A stretch of DNA of 62,997 bases, filler included, from Folioceros fuciformis (GCA_049999805.1; 4 parts of 3 records of this genome joined end to end with filler, not necessarily neighbours in it); one strand, 5' to 3'; counted from the whole stretch's first letter, positions 14,511 to 28,593 are shown. The notes: generated by a model not told the origin, from the sequence alone. A program made the numbers and translations.

Positions 14511-15675
14511 TCCTTCCCACCGCTAAGCCGCCCAGATACTGGCAAGTCTCACACGCTGCTCTTCCACCTGCCAAGGTCTGCCACAGTTAGCTACCAAACA
14601 CTGCAATGAGGGACAACACTTCTAGTGTCCAACAACGGCTACATCCGTACAGCACAGTCCAAGCTTTATCCATGGCGCACAACATGACACAACAAAACCT
14701 CCCAGCTGCCATCGCTCCTACTGTACACCACCTGCCCCGATTCAAGGTTTCGGGAAGATAACAAAATGGACCCGACCCCACACATGGTGATAGCCAGCAG
14801 CGGGGCAAGTAAGGCGCCAGGCCAGCCAAGACGAAGCAATCAGCAAGTCCTTTGAAAAACGCCCTCCTTCAAACAACCCCGCACCAGCAAGTACAATTCT
14901 ACAGCCACACAACAGGCGACGAAAAGCATCAAGCAGCACCCTAGCCGTTACCGGGAGGCCGGAAGTGCAACCCCCTTAGGCGCGGGCGAGAGAAAGCCAG
15001 GGTAGACAGCCCTTCACATTACAACCGCGGCCTGGGGTGTAGCACGAAAATTTGGAGCAACTCCCCCTTCTCAACCCGCAGCTGCAACAGAAAGAAGACA
15101 ATGAAACCTCATTTCCACCCCGAGCCGCGCACACGTCAATTGCGCAAACGTTAACCCGCGACGCAGCAGCAGCAAGCACACCACCCACAGCGCATGCCAC
15201 GGCGCCTACAAGCACCTCAAAATTGGAGCCGCTGTGGGCATACCTCAGCACTCTCCAGCCTCCGGCCCAGCGAGGGCACGGACCGCAACAGGGAGCAGGG
15301 AAGGCTCCGCAAGCGTCAGCCGCGCCGACGCCAACAACACCAGCAAGAGCAGAGCTGAAAAATTGAGACAGGGCAACACACAATGCTCAGCTATGGCGTC
15401 TAGACATCTAGAGGCTACGGGGACCAAGGACCCAGCCTTGCAGTACTGTGCAGGGTCCCAGGCCTACGGGCTAGACAGGAGAGCTGAGCAGAGAAAGCGT
15501 ACAGTGCCAGCTTCGCGAAAATAAAAATGTCTCACCCTTTCCTTTACTAAATTGCATCGCATTTATACTTTTCACTTCGCGGGCGTATTTATTAGGTGAA
15601 GAAGTGTCTCGGTCCAGCAAATGCTGCTCGCTTAACCCTCATCGGGTTAACTAACCAGGAGTACGAAATTCGCTG

Positions 15676-15683
15676 TTTCCCGC
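15676..15683 (+). promoter_or_regulatory. E2F binding site TTTCCCGC upstream of CDT2
   Basis: Exact match to the TTTSSCGS consensus ~190 nt before the CDT2 ATG. Confidence 0.55.
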
Positions 15684-15862
15684 CACAATTTGCTCCCCGC
15701 CTCCAGCAGCTCGCCTCGGGCTGGAGATTCTGTGAATGCGGGGAAGGTGTTTTGCGGCTCTTGCGTCTGCCTTCCTTGAGACATCGATTGAGAGTCGAAC
15801 TTGGGTCATGGAGTGTTCCAAGTCACCGATCTATTTTCGCGAAGATCGGTGATGCTCGAGCC

Positions 15863-18800
15863 ATGGATGTCCTGGAGGAGCCATCTCCGACTGCCTCGAA
15901 GTTTGCCAGGCGGGCCTCGAGGGCATCCATCTTCCACGCCGTGACGGCCAGGGAAATTCGGCATGGTAGAGGTAAGTGGGTGGAATGGTGGCTTGGCGTG
16001 GAACGGTCTGTCGCCTTTCCGGATTTGTTGTCTCACGCATTAAGGGCCTTCTCCCTTTTCAGTCTCGTTGCGCCCGCACCTGGGGAGCCTGTCGTCGGAA
16101 AATGCCGGGGAAGGATCCGGGGTCTTGCAGCTCGATACGAAGGCTGTAGCAGCTCCTCCGCTAGCTATCGCTTTCAGCAAGGTGCTCACTGGAGACGAAG
16201 TTTGCATCCATGGTGGTGTTGTCACATGGCTATCAGTAGCTTGTGTTCGAACTTTATGACTTCAGTAGCGCAGGTGTTGCATTTCTGCAAACATTTTTGG
16301 TTTACCCACGCATTGGATTGGAATTGCAGAGGATAGGAGATGGTCATTACTTGGCCGTCGCTGATGAAGAGGGCCATGTTAGCATACTCAACACACGCCG
16401 TCGGCTGCCTTCCCGTTTGGACAGCGCATGTCGAACCGGTATGAAAACGTCCTCGCTTGCTCCGAGTTGGTACTGGCTGTGTTGTGCCAATCTAGTGTTT
16501 TTGTTAATTGACGCCATCAGTACGCAGACGAGGTTCGGTTGCAGACGTGGCTGGCTCACAGCAACGCCATTTTTGACATCTGCTGGCTGCAGGTGCGTGC
16601 AGGATGTTTGACACGTCCTTTTTTATGTGCTAGGAAATTCGTTATCTGAAGAGTCTAATTATGTCAATGGCAGGATGACACAAGAATGCTGACAGCTTCT
16701 GGAGACCAAACGGTATGCTCGAAGCTCAGGCTGTTTGCAAATTAGGGGGCGTAGGGTCGTGCTCATCTCAAGTGCGAGAGTTTGATTGGACATGCTCAAG
16801 CACAGAGTGATAGCTGTCTGCGTCACCGCTTACAATGTCCGAAATTATTTCTGAGGTAGTGATGGCTCTGCAGGTTCGACTATGGGATGTGGAGACGCAC
16901 AAACGAGTCACAGTTATGAAGGGTCACTCTGGGAGTGTTAAATCTGTTTGTGGTCATCCTTCACAACCAGGTTGGCATCAGACTCGAGGAGAACTACCGC
17001 TTATTGTATGTAGATGTTGCAGAAGGGCAATGCATTTCTTCTTTTCTGTGAACTGTCGCTCTTTTCTTGTGTTCTACGCGAACAGACTTATGCGTTTCTG
17101 GAGCAAGGGATGGAAATATTGCCTTCTGGGATGTCCGGTGTCTTTCGTCGTCTCCGGTCTCCTCTGTAAGGTACTTTGCGTATCTCTGGTTGGTTTATTA
17201 ACTTCTCTATCCCGAATGCAATTACCAAACACATGCTGCTGGCGCCGCGCTCTAGGTGTAGGGCACTTAATTATCTTCCTTTTCCCATTGTGCCACAGTC
17301 CAGTTGCCCTGATCAAAGATGCCCACGTAATTCCCAACCACAAGCGATCCCGACAAAAGGTGCAGTTCCGTTGTTTCTTGTCATATTCTTTAACAAACCA
17401 TATATTTGCATTTGCAGTGGGATGCTTTCGCTACATTGAGTTCATCCTACTATTCTTAACAAGGATGAATGCTGACTGCCACTGATATCACGTGATCACA
17501 GATGAGCGTGAATAGCATAACCGCAGTGCTGTACTTGAAGGACGAATGTCTGCTGGCAAGCGCTGGAGCTGCCGATGGGTGCGTGTCACTTATACTTGGA
17601 ATCGCTAGTGGTTGGTCCCTGAAAGAGTATAAAGCAGGAGTAATCCTCGGTGTCGATTCTTTGCTCTTACACTTTACCTGCAGAGTCTTGAAGTTCTGGG
17701 ACGTCAGAAGTTTGAAGCAGCCTGTCACGCGAAGTCCTGCGCAGGTTCCTAACTCTTCGGTAAGCAAAACAGGTCGCCGCTTGCTGCTCTGGTACAATGT
17801 CAGGAGTGACTTACGCATCGCACCCACTGAGAAGCTTTTGGGGTGGATTTGGCGCCCAGGGCCGTGTGCATGGCATTGCGGGCCTTTCGCAAGATCCATC
17901 TGGCACAAGTATCATTGCTTCCAGCACGGACAGCAGGTTGCATATCTACGTCGTTTCACACTTCACCGAAATGAATCATGTGGTTGGCTAAAGTAGCTTC
18001 TGCTTTTTTCCCCAGAATATACATGTTCGATGTCCTTGCTGCCGAGGAAGGGCATTCCAAAACTTTCTCCGGGCATGTCATCAAGTCCTTCTACATTAAG
18101 GTATGCCTCGTAATCTGTGGACTTCCATAGTGTGGTAGCAATTACTCATGGCATGAACAGGAACTTGGCATCTTCTGCAGGCTGCATTCAGTCCTGAAGG
18201 CAGTCATATTCTGAGCGGCTCCACAGACGGCAATGTTTTCATATGGAAGGTACAGTTACAAACCACGGAATTCGTAGATTTTGCAGTCAGCCTAAAGCTC
18301 AGATGGACAAGTGCTTTCGTCCAGGTGGACGGGCCTGATGATGAGCCGGTTATTCTGGAAGGACATGGAGGCGAGGTCACAGCAGTCGACTGGTACTCAT
18401 CTATTCTCTGAAAAGATTCCTGAGAGCTAAGACCCACATTAACCATTTATGACTACGTGTCAGCAGGTGCCCTACTGACTTCTGCAAAATCGCAACCTGC
18501 TCGGACGATTACACGGTGCGCGGTAGATCCGTCTTTGCGGTCACTTCTCTTTTGGTAATGTTTGACCAAACAGAGACATCGTCTGTGTGCTCGTAGGTGC
18601 GTGTATGGAGCGCCAATGAGGCCCAATTCCAGCTTCAACAGCCGCCCACACACTCAATGCGCAGGAGAGTATGCGCCAATCCCGTTGGAACCACATCTAG
18701 CCTTGAAGCAAGTTGTCCAAACCCCCCAACATTCCATGTGATGCAGGAGGGCAGTAGGCCGAAGGAGAACCTCCCCTGCCACCACAAGGTTGGGACCGTC

Positions 18801-18986
18801 CCAGGGTTAGCAACAGATGCAGAGGAAAAGAGCCCTCTTGTGGCTCTTGACGTGAACTGCGTCAACGGAGCCGAAATTTGCGAGAGGAAAAAAATGCGCA
18901 GTCTGAAGCCTCTTTCCTCCGCTCTTAGCCCAAGTGCCTTGAAACGACAAAGGACTATTGTTGATTATTTCGGTGGTACGTATTAG
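15863..18986 (+). CDS. CDT2: CDT2/DTL (denticleless) WD40 substrate receptor of CRL4, multi-exon
   Basis: [79 protein letters not shown]-terminal QRTIVDYF. Confidence 0.9.
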
Positions 18987-19986
18987 GAATGATGAATCGA
19001 GGAACGCCGTTAAAAGCCCTTCTGCGAAGTAGTTAATTTATTATTTAATAAATCAGTTCAGGTCCGTAGATTCCTGGGTGGGCTGTTGGCTTTATGACCC
19101 ATTTAGCCTCTTTTCGCCCGATACAATTGTGAGCATGTGTACTTGATCAATCATCATATTGACTAGCAGGTATACTTGGTCAGTCATTAAATTGACTTGC
19201 ATGGAAAGAACGTGTATACAAAGTACATCCTCCTTCATTGCATATAACAGTATGTATTATAATACACCATATATATTTTATAATGTAATATATTATTTTA
19301 AATAATTAATATTATATATTTAGTTTAAAATTTATATTATTGATTCAGTAAATATTACTTTTTAGTATCTTGTATAGTTTATCAAAAATAATCGTTTTAC
19401 TCTAAATTAAAGTCAATGTACCTTAACCTCGTGACATAACAAAGTTTAGGAGTAGAAAGAGGAATTCCTCCTTTGCAGTTACATATATTGTCGGTCACAA
19501 TATCACTTTATCAAATTCACATCTTTACACATCTGGATATATTTTAACATTCACACCTTTTGCAAGGAACTATTTTTTTCAAAGAGAACTTATAGGATGA
19601 AGATGTCAAAGATGAAGACCCCCAATGCGCACAGAAGTATGGAATACTGATATGGATAGTGGCTGGACACACATGGTTTTTTTTTGTGAAATATGTACTT
19701 CATACGTGAATATACCTCAGAATCTAGTATACATACCCATATCGTACATAGCCACATCACTGGCCCCACCTTAGTATGTTGTACCCTTTCCTCTATGCAT
19801 CAAGGTTGTGGATCGATGGGGACAAAGAAAGTTTTTTTTAATGGTTCATGCACGATGTTTTTAAGTACGCATTACACAGGAAAAAACCATCGCCATCCTT
19901 GCAACGCCAAGGGTAAACTACTTTTAGGGTTCGTTGTGACACATCGCATCGAAGGGTGATCAGTAGTTAATGAGGACATTTGGAAA

Positions 19987-20081
19987 GAGGAGGACTACCC
20001 CTGCACATGTGACGAGCCTACCATGCCATTATGAGAAAAGAGGAGGACGACCCCTGCATGTGTGTGACGAGCCTACCATGC
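19987..20081. repeat. Imperfect ~40-nt direct repeat pair in an AT-rich, probably TE-derived interval
   Basis: gaggac(t/g)acccctgca...tgtgacgagcctaccatgc occurs twice. Confidence 0.6.
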
Positions 20082-21479
20082 TATTATGTACATGGAGGGG
20101 AGACAGATGTGTACATAGAAGACAGTGAATGATGAACGGCAAGGTCCGCTGTGAACCTTGCATGTAGAGGATGGATGCTATCCACAAACCCTTACCCCAA
20201 CAAAAATGAAAGTAAATGATTGTGAGTGAGAGACAGATCCGAGGACGCCTAGATGGCGCCCTGCAATCGAAGGGGACAGATGTGTTACGGCCAAAAATTT
20301 GGACCACGCAAAACTTTGTATGAAAGCCAAAAATTTGGAGCATATACCACTGCCGCACAAAACTTGATGCGAAAGCCAACGTGACTCCATATGTAATCCC
20401 ATAGTGTGCAGTAGGACAGGACAGCAATGTTTCCATTCCTTTGTTCTTGAGATCCTTATAAATAAAACTAAATTAGTAGTTTTAATTTGATTATGATAAA
20501 TCATTTAAATTTAATTTGGGCATAAAGTATCATTAGCTGCGTACCTACCTCCTTTATTTGGACCCATGTGTGATGCAAGAAGGAGAATGTGTACGGATGT
20601 TTGGAGTGTACGCTGTTTGGTGTGGGTGAGGAAAAGAAAAAGAAATTGTAGATTCCGAGTTTGTGTGAAGACGTTGGGCGGAGCGAGCCAAGGCTTGGCA
20701 CAGTTCACACCGTTGGGCCGCGGCTGGCCCCCACAAAAGCATCAAATGAGAAGATTGCTTTCACGGACTGACAGTAAACTACTGCGCCCTTGTACATACA
20801 TAACGAGCCCAACGTGCTCCCTTTGGGCGCTGTGTGCGAAGTGCCAGTCCGGTGTGGTGCCAGAGAGCCCGCCGCAGCCCGGGTCCCTCGCGTGCGCCAT
20901 AGCACACGGGACCTCGTGTTGGAGCCGCAGAAGTGACGATAAGTAGCAGTCTTAGAGCTAGCCTAGGGCGGCTTGGGATTAGAGAGCCACCGCCTACCTC
21001 TCGGGGTCTCCGGCTTGGTCTTGCTTTGTGTTGCATTGCAGATTTGGGGTTGCTCTCCGCTCTCCAAGATAGGGGAGGTGCCGAGGTGGCGCACCGGCGC
21101 GCAAATTGCTCAGCTGGGCAGCATTGTGGGAAAGAACAGCATAGGTTCTCAATTCGCGCAACCGGCCACAGGAGGAGGGGCGTGGGCTTGGGGCTGGGGG
21201 GATGTGGTTCAGGAATTGAGGCGACAGGTGGATTGCCCGGTTGCTGGTCATGAGCACTTTCAGGCTGAGGCTGTGACGCAGCCAGGCGAGGTCGAGGTCG
21301 AGGTCGAGTTCGAGTTCGAGGGCGAGGCGGACGAGGCGGACGAGGACGAGGGCGAGCCAGTTCGGTTACTCGAGGTTTCGCTCTGCGGCTCCGTCCTCTT
21401 GCCTATGGAGCAAGGCGCAGGAGGTGGGGGAGCATCTGCCATATTTAGCTTCGTGCAGAGCTTCATTGATCGCTCCGAC

Positions 21480-24400
21480 ATGTCCACTACTCAGTCCAAC
21501 CTTACCTCGCGGTCTCAGTCCCCGTTGCCTACCACTCCCATTTCCGCGGCCGGCTCCGTGGCTGGATCGGGGACCGAGGCGCTGGCAGAGGGATCCGCGT
21601 CCCCCTCGCGTTTGGTACCCTCTTCTGCCCGCTTGCAGCATCCCAACAGTGAGACCGCCACTGACCTTCACAGGCAAGACCAGGTATTGCAACCAGTTTG
21701 CTGTTTGCTCCGGATGGTGTGTTGCGTCCCCTGCATTGATGTACGAGGTGTTGGTGTCCGCGGTCCTCCGCAGAGTCTGCCCAGCATGTGATTTTTGTCT
21801 TCCTGTCGAGGGCGAGGACAGAGTAGCAGCAGATACAGGGCACCCTGTAATGCTAACTTGACGTTGCACTTTTTTGGTTCCTTTGACGGAGCTCAGGTGT
21901 GATAGGCATCTGCATCCGGGCTTCATGCTACTTTTGCTAATCTTGCTGCTGCTCAGCACCTACTCCGGCTCCGGTATTTGAGCAACGGTTTCGTTCCTGT
22001 CCCTTACAGAGCCGCTTGGACTACAAAAGTGAAGAGTACAGGCAGTTGTTCCATCTTCCCCCCGAAGAGGTATGCCTTTTGCGGTATTGAAGTCGACTTG
22101 TGCCAGCAGTGTGGCACTTAATTCGAGCGCTCGAATTCAGAAAGTGGTATTCGGGTCTGCAGGTCCTCGTCGAAGATTTCAACTGTGCTTTGCAGAAAAA
22201 GATCCTGCTGCAGGTATTCGTGTTGGATGCACGTCATGGTATGTGCTTTGGAATGTCGGCCCGGTTCCCTGGCTAACTTCTCGTCCTTTCATGGCTCTGC
22301 CTCCCAGGGCCACATGTACCTGTTTGAACGCTATGTCTGTTTCTACTCCAACATTTTTGGATATGAAAAGAAGGTTTCGATCCTACCCAGTCTTGCGGTG
22401 CCACTCTCCTCATAGCTTGGATATGATCAAATTTTTCTCACACCAATGCCTTTGCAGAAAGTGCTCCCTTTGAAGGATGTGACTTGCGTGAAGAAGGCAA
22501 AGACGGCACAAGTGTTCCCTAATGCCATTGAAATAACTGCTTGGGGGAAGAAGGTACGGATACCCTTGGCCCTGCTCATCGATCTTTTGGTTGACAGGGA
22601 TAGGGGAACTGCCAGTCAATCTGACTGCACTGTCTTAGGAAGCTGACAGGTAAAGTTTCCCTCGTGCAGCATTTCTTTGCATCTTTCCTGTCACGGGATG
22701 AGGCATATCGCCTTATTGTTAATGGTTGGTCACATCATAGCGGCTATGCGCGCATTTACTTGGGGTCTCAAGCTTCCCAGACTCCTCAAGGCTCTCCTGG
22801 TCTGGTGAGTTTGTGCTGCCGTGGCCTTACCTGTTGGTTGGTGTAGACACCACTTTCCCCTCTTGTTTTAGTTCAACTTGTAGGTAGATGCTTTGCACCT
22901 GAGTTAATAATGTTTGGCATTGCTGTCCTGTTCACTATACTGAATTGTGTGTCCTCCTCCTCCAGTCCTACCTGCCATAGCAGTGTTGCCTTCAGGGTCA
23001 GCCTCCTCTTAAATCTGATCCTGTGGTAGTTATGATCCGCTAGGAGGACAGGACCCTGTGCTGGCTGACGCCGTATTGATTCTTGCAGCAGTATCTGCTC
23101 TCCTTACCTGTTGAACGGTTTTTGAAGGTGTTTTGAACGCCGGGTGCTTTGCACAATGTTGTGCATTCTGTTGATGTCCTTGCCTATCTTGTCCATGCTA
23201 CAGAGTCCTCGTCCTCTTGGCCCAACACTCTCAGAAGCAGTAGTGTTGGCTTCAGGTTCTGACTCGCAGCCACCTGTCCGATCTATTCTTGGTGATAGTT
23301 TTGGAAGCAGGTAATGTCTTTGATTTCCATGTTATTATGTCTTATGTTACTTATGTTGTAGGTCATGTATTGAAGAGCCTCTTCTCTGCCTCAGGGATAT
23401 TGAAGAGGTTCCGAGCTCAACTGCACCCTCTTTAGCAGATGATGGCGAAAGGGCATCTCCCCAAGATTTGATTGAGAGAGTTGAAGCTGATATCTCTCTT
23501 GAGGGTGTGTCAGATGAGGGCGGTCCGAGTACTAGCAGCCCTTCAATTGGCCATCTCTTGTGGGAAATTGGTGATCTGGAAGCTCCAGAATGTATGAACC
23601 TGTCCTCGTCTTTGCAGTAGTTCGATTTCGTGCTGGAGGGGCTGACATTCTTCTTTCACCTAAATTGTGGCATTGGAAATTGCAGTGCCTACAGTATACA
23701 AGACAGTTGCTGAGTCCGAGTTTCCGGTGAGATCCCTCTCACGCTGCCACTTGCGCATGTGATAGTTTCAGTCATACATGCACTTCAAGTTTATTGAGCA
23801 GTAGTGATGTGTCGATGCCCACTGCTAATATGTTCATGGACGTCGCAGATTGACGTGAAGGATTTCTTCAGGCTTTTCCTGTCAAATGAAGCTGTTGGCT
23901 TCACAGAAATGGTCCACACCAAGTGTGGCGATGAAGGTTTGTCTTTGATTTATTCTGGTACTTGGATAGCTTGTGTATTTAAAAAAAAGCCTGCTTCTCT
24001 CAGTGTTCAGTGCTGTGGTGGAATTTGTAGAGTTCAGTTGTACACTCTGGGAAAAACGACATCAATTTGGGCATGCCCGTGAGATTTCGTTTCGTTACCC
24101 TATCAATTTTGTCTTCGGTAAGAAAGCTGCGACTTCTTGCAAGGAAATTGATTCTATGGATGTTTGGAGATGCTTTCTTGCTTTCTAGTAGTTTGCTCAT
24201 TCCTTTTCCTTGCTGAAGGTCCCAAGGCAACGTACTGTCATGAGACTCAGCGATTTCGAGTTTACAAGAACAGGTCAAATAGCTCCCTAGAATAAGGCGC
24301 TGGCAGCAGTTTAGGGAGAAGCTACACTAGTTTTGGCATCTTGTAATGACAGTCGGATTTTTTGCTTCCAGCCATCTGGTGTTGGAATCTGCTCAACAAA

Positions 24401-25825
24401 TGGCAGACATTCCATATGGGGACTACTTTCACGTTCAGGTTTGGAAGTAAATCTTTTGCATCTTATCATCATCGGTCCCTGGGCCCTTTCTTCCTAATCC
24501 GTATGTGGTGTAGCAGGTTCGATGGGATGTTCAGAGTATGGCTGGCAATGGAGCAACTGGTTGTTTTTTTCGTGTCTCGCTTCATGTTCCCTTCACTAAA
24601 AGGACTGTCTGGAGAAGTATGTGTTTGCTAACTGTTAATTGCTTGTTTGCCTCCCTCACCTTATGTTCTATGCGTGGTTCATCCTGAAGGACACTTTCTC
24701 TAACCTCTTCCCTTCCCAGGTAAGATTGAGCAAGGTACTTTTGATGGGTGTAAAGATGCGTATACAACTTGGATACGGGAGGTAACTGCATTGTGTGTTC
24801 TATTGGACCTGTGCATTTGGGCTCGATTGCATGCTGTGCTAGTGAGATTGATAGTGGGTCCTGGTCAGGCCCATAGGTTGTTAGGAGACTTGCAAGCGAT
24901 GACTAGTATACCGACCACTTCACTCAAGCCTTCGGAATCACTACCCACACCAAGTTTGGAAGATGGTTCGAAAGACCTGCAAGGGTTTGAACATTTGCCG
25001 CATAGGTTGCTGAACCTTGTAGGTACGTATCTAATCGCTAAGCACTATCCCCAGCTCTTCTTGTGTGTCAAAGATTGAAATAAGAGGTTGGATTGTGCTT
25101 GTTGGCCCTGGAGTTGTGGAGAAATGTAAGTCTGTTTGGAACTAAACACTCAGGTGCATTCAACAGACGTTCAGCGACCACTCCCAGAAGGGGACGGGCT
25201 TGAAGGGAGAAGTGGTCGTCTATATCAAGGCTACTCCAGTTCCTCTGCTGGACCTGAGCGTGCTTGTGATGATGCTCCAAGAGCAGGAAGTCCCCTCAAA
25301 AGGGCTCAAGATTTGCCTTCTGGGAGCGAGCTGCGGAGGGGTTTGATCAGTCAGAGGAAACTGGGGGCGATGCATCGGCTTTGGGCAAATTGGTGTCCTA
25401 CGAGTCTGAAGTCTTGGAATCAACTAAAGTTGGTATTGATTTTCATTATCGCGATTTTACTTCTGCAGGTAAAGTTTGTCCCCTCTTGTCAACTTGTTGT
25501 GTCGGTTGTTGAAAATTCATGTCCTGATCCATGAAATGATTGTTAGTAGGTTTGCATAATGGTAGCAGTGGCCAGGCCGCGAGGAGTGCAGTATGTTCCT
25601 GTTGGATATTCAAGCAGTTCTGTGGGGTCCTTGTTTCCTGGGGCCTCTGCCTCAGGCCATGCTGGAGAGGAAATATCTTGGATCGAACAACGAGCCAGGT
25701 TCCTGAGAGACGAAATGGCAATGACTGAGGCACGACTGCAAACTTTGCAACATGATCTAGCAGTATTGAAGATGTACTTCCACCACTTCCACAAGTCCAA
25801 TCCACAGCTGGATTTGGATCTTTAA
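21480..25825 (+). CDS. VAD1: VAD1-like GRAM + VASt (StART-like) domain membrane protein, multi-exon
   Basis: KSEEYRQLFHLPPEE|VLVEDFNCALQKKILLQ|GHMYLFERYVCFYSNIFGYEKK, KKAKTAQVFPNAIEI, HFFASFLSRDEAYRLI; VASt motif DIPYGDYFHVQ; TM segment LVLIFIIAILLLQ; C-terminal coiled coil. Confidence 0.88.
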
Positions 25826-26450
25826 ACCGAGCTAACCAGAGATCACTGCCCGGAAGACCCTAAAATCCTCGTGCAGCAGTCTGACGTGTTAACAGCCCAG
25901 TGATGCCAGCTGAACTTTGGGAATGGCTTCGGAAGGTGTGTATTAACAGTGCTTCATAATGTTAGATTGTACATCTGTCAATGGTGGTACTCATCCTTGT
26001 GCTTAGTAACATTTGGTGGACTGTCATCCAAAGATCCAAGATGTGGGCCTGTGACTGCCGCACAGTCCTCCTTCATCAGGATGTTGGCCCTACAATTGTT
26101 GTTGTCCATGAATTGTAAAGTCTGTAGTCTCAAAACATGTACTCGTAAATCGCAGTCTTCAGTTGAAAGTGAGCATATTGCTTGCATGGCGGAAATTTCA
26201 GTCAGTGGCTGAAATAGTCGTGGCTAGTGCGGGATGGGTTGCAGACAGCAACTTTACCGAGTGATCTGGGAGTGTTGTTGCTGTCGGGCCTTAGATGTTA
26301 TTCCCACTGCAAATTTGAAGTAAACTGAACCATATCTTTATTATGTAAAGTAAAAATTAGAATATCTGGTATATGATGAGTTTACTGGCAAGAATTTTGA
26401 ATATGTAATTATATTAAAAGGCGTTTTGCATGTTTCCTGGTTTTTGAAAG

Positions 26451-26680
26451 AAAGGGCTTGGTTAGACCCGGTGATAACGGGAGACATGAGCTTGGTCAGT
26501 CTTCGTTGGATTTATATTAAAGGGCTTGGTCAACCACCTTGACAACAAGGGACTCGGTTAGTTTTCTTGGGTGATGTATTAAAGGGTCAGGTCATTCACC
26601 TTGACAACAAGAAAAAAGGCGTGGTTAGTCTTCTTTGTTAATGTATTAAAGGTCTTGGCCGGTCTTCTTTGGTGATATAT
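26451..26680. repeat. Degenerate ~63-66 nt tandem repeat
   Basis: Recurring tattaaaggg..tggt..accttgacaacaag..ggttagt(c/t)ttctt units. Confidence 0.6.
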
Positions 26681-27866
26681 TGTAGCATTTCTTGGTCAGA
26701 GGATTTTAATTGCACTATAGGAAGTATTTCTGGGGCAATTGGTTTTCATTGTTGCTTGGGGGCAAGGTTTTCTTTGCATTACAAGTGAGCATTGGCCATT
26801 GTATTGAAAGGCTTTTTTTTGAAGTTTATGAAAACATGCTTCAAGATAATTTACACCATTTAAAAGGGCAAGGTTAGTCTTCTTTAGTACAACTATTGTA
26901 CTGTTCTTTGGGTAAAGGTTTCCATTGCACTACCACCCTTCGCCCAAAGAACACTACAATTACTACAATACTTGCACTTATTAGCCCCTTTGCTCGTTGG
27001 ATAATGTCGTATATAAGATGACGACGATGGCAGACTCAAGCTATAGGTAGTCTACTCATAAACAACTAGAGTGGTACATTTTTTGGACCATGCTATCTTG
27101 GGAGCTATTAGTAGTTTTTAAGCTTAAAGCACCGTGAGACGCGAGCCTTACCTCTGATAGTTTGTCTAACCTCTTTTGAGTAACCCTAAACCATGAAGAA
27201 CTCAAAAAAGTGGTAATCACTTGATTTATACAAGTCACCGATCAATGAAGCATTCTTCTTAAATTTGTCATTAATATACTAGTCAATCTAAATAATTTTT
27301 TTAATAAATCTAAATAAATTTATTAACTAGTAATATTTTTCATATATGTAGAATAAGATAATCCCATAAAGACAAGAGATGGTGAGCTAATCTACTATAG
27401 CTATGTGATAAATTTTTTATTATATTAGATTATAATTTTATTTAATAAAAATAATAAAATAATTTTAATCTCACCATGAAAAGATGTTAGAATGAAATAA
27501 CTAATAGATGCAAAATAACTTCTAATGAACCAAGATCAAGAAGAAGAGACTGATATATACATACATGATTAAAAAGGAGAAAAAAGACAATCACATCTAT
27601 TCTAAAGATAAGGAGGAATAACTTAAAGAGCGCTGAAGACCAAAAGAAAACTAGCCCCCTTAAATATCATTCGCAAAACTACCTATTGCTCCTAGAAAGT
27701 TGGAGCAATAGTTTTGCATAGCGACTAGGTATAGCAAGAAGAAAGAATACTAAACACAATTTGAGGGTCATTGATTTGTGAGAGCTCCATAATATGAGCT
27801 AAATCGTTATTCAAAGCCATATCCACAAACCAATGGACAAAATATGGAGGTCACTGATTTGTGAGA

Positions 27867-27966
27867 NNNNNNNNNNNNNNNNNNNNNNNNNNNNNNNNNN
27901 NNNNNNNNNNTTAATTAATTAANNNNNNNNNNNNNNNNNNNNNNNNNNNNNNNNNNNNNNNNNNNN
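27867..27966. other. Artificial scaffold join (N44-TTAATTAATTAA-N44)
   Basis: Stop-codon linker inside Ns; identical structure at 56016-56115 and 61398-61497. Confidence 0.95.
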
Positions 27967-28210
27967 ACATATTATCATCACCACATTTCTTAACATTCTA
28001 CACATCATCGCCACATTTCTTAACATTCTATCATCGCCACATTTCTTAACATTCTACACATCATCGCCACGTTTCTTAACATTCTACATATCATCGCCAC
28101 ATTTCTTAACATTCTACATATTATCCCCACATTTCTTAACATTCTACATATTATCACCACATTTCTTAACATTGTACATACCATCTCCACATTTCTTAAC
28201 ATTCCACATA
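27967..28210. repeat. ~30-nt tandem minisatellite (catttcttaacattctacatatcatcgcca), about 8 copies
   Basis: Directly visible; produces the spurious MLRNV..IC repeat ORF on the minus strand. Confidence 0.92.
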
Positions 28211-28353
28211 TCATACGTGCGGCCACGAACTTTTTCTTAACATTTTGCATATGATTATTGTGGTGCCTACCTAAACCCTTTTTCTTAACATTCTACATAT
28301 GATTGCTGTGGCGTGTACCGCAAACTTTTTCTTAATATTCTATTTGTGACCGC

Positions 28354-28593
28354 TATGGTGCTTACCACAAACATTTGCTGGTGCCTACCCCGAACATTTT
28401 CTCCTCAAAATAATATGGTGCTTACCACAAACATTTGCTGGTGCCTACCCCGAACATTTTCTCCTCAAAATAATATGGTGCTTACCACAAACATTTGCTG
28501 GTGCCTACCCCGAACATTTTCTCCTCAAAATAATATGGTGCTTACCACAAACATTTGCTGGTGCCTACCCCGAACATTTTCTCCTCAAAATAA
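28354..28593. repeat. 60-nt tandem repeat, 4 identical copies
   Basis: tatggtgcttaccacaaacatttgctggtgcctaccccgaacattttctcctcaaaataa x4. Confidence 0.95.

Noticed and set aside
20973-21479. Upstream extension of the VAD1 ORF with an acidic tract
   Set aside because: Begins at a non-ATG codon and consists of simple repeats; more likely 5' UTR, although an earlier ATG at ~21405 is not excluded.
27967-28593. CRISPR-like repeat array
   Set aside because: No unique spacers: the units are contiguous and homologous, there are no cas genes and the context is eukaryotic.
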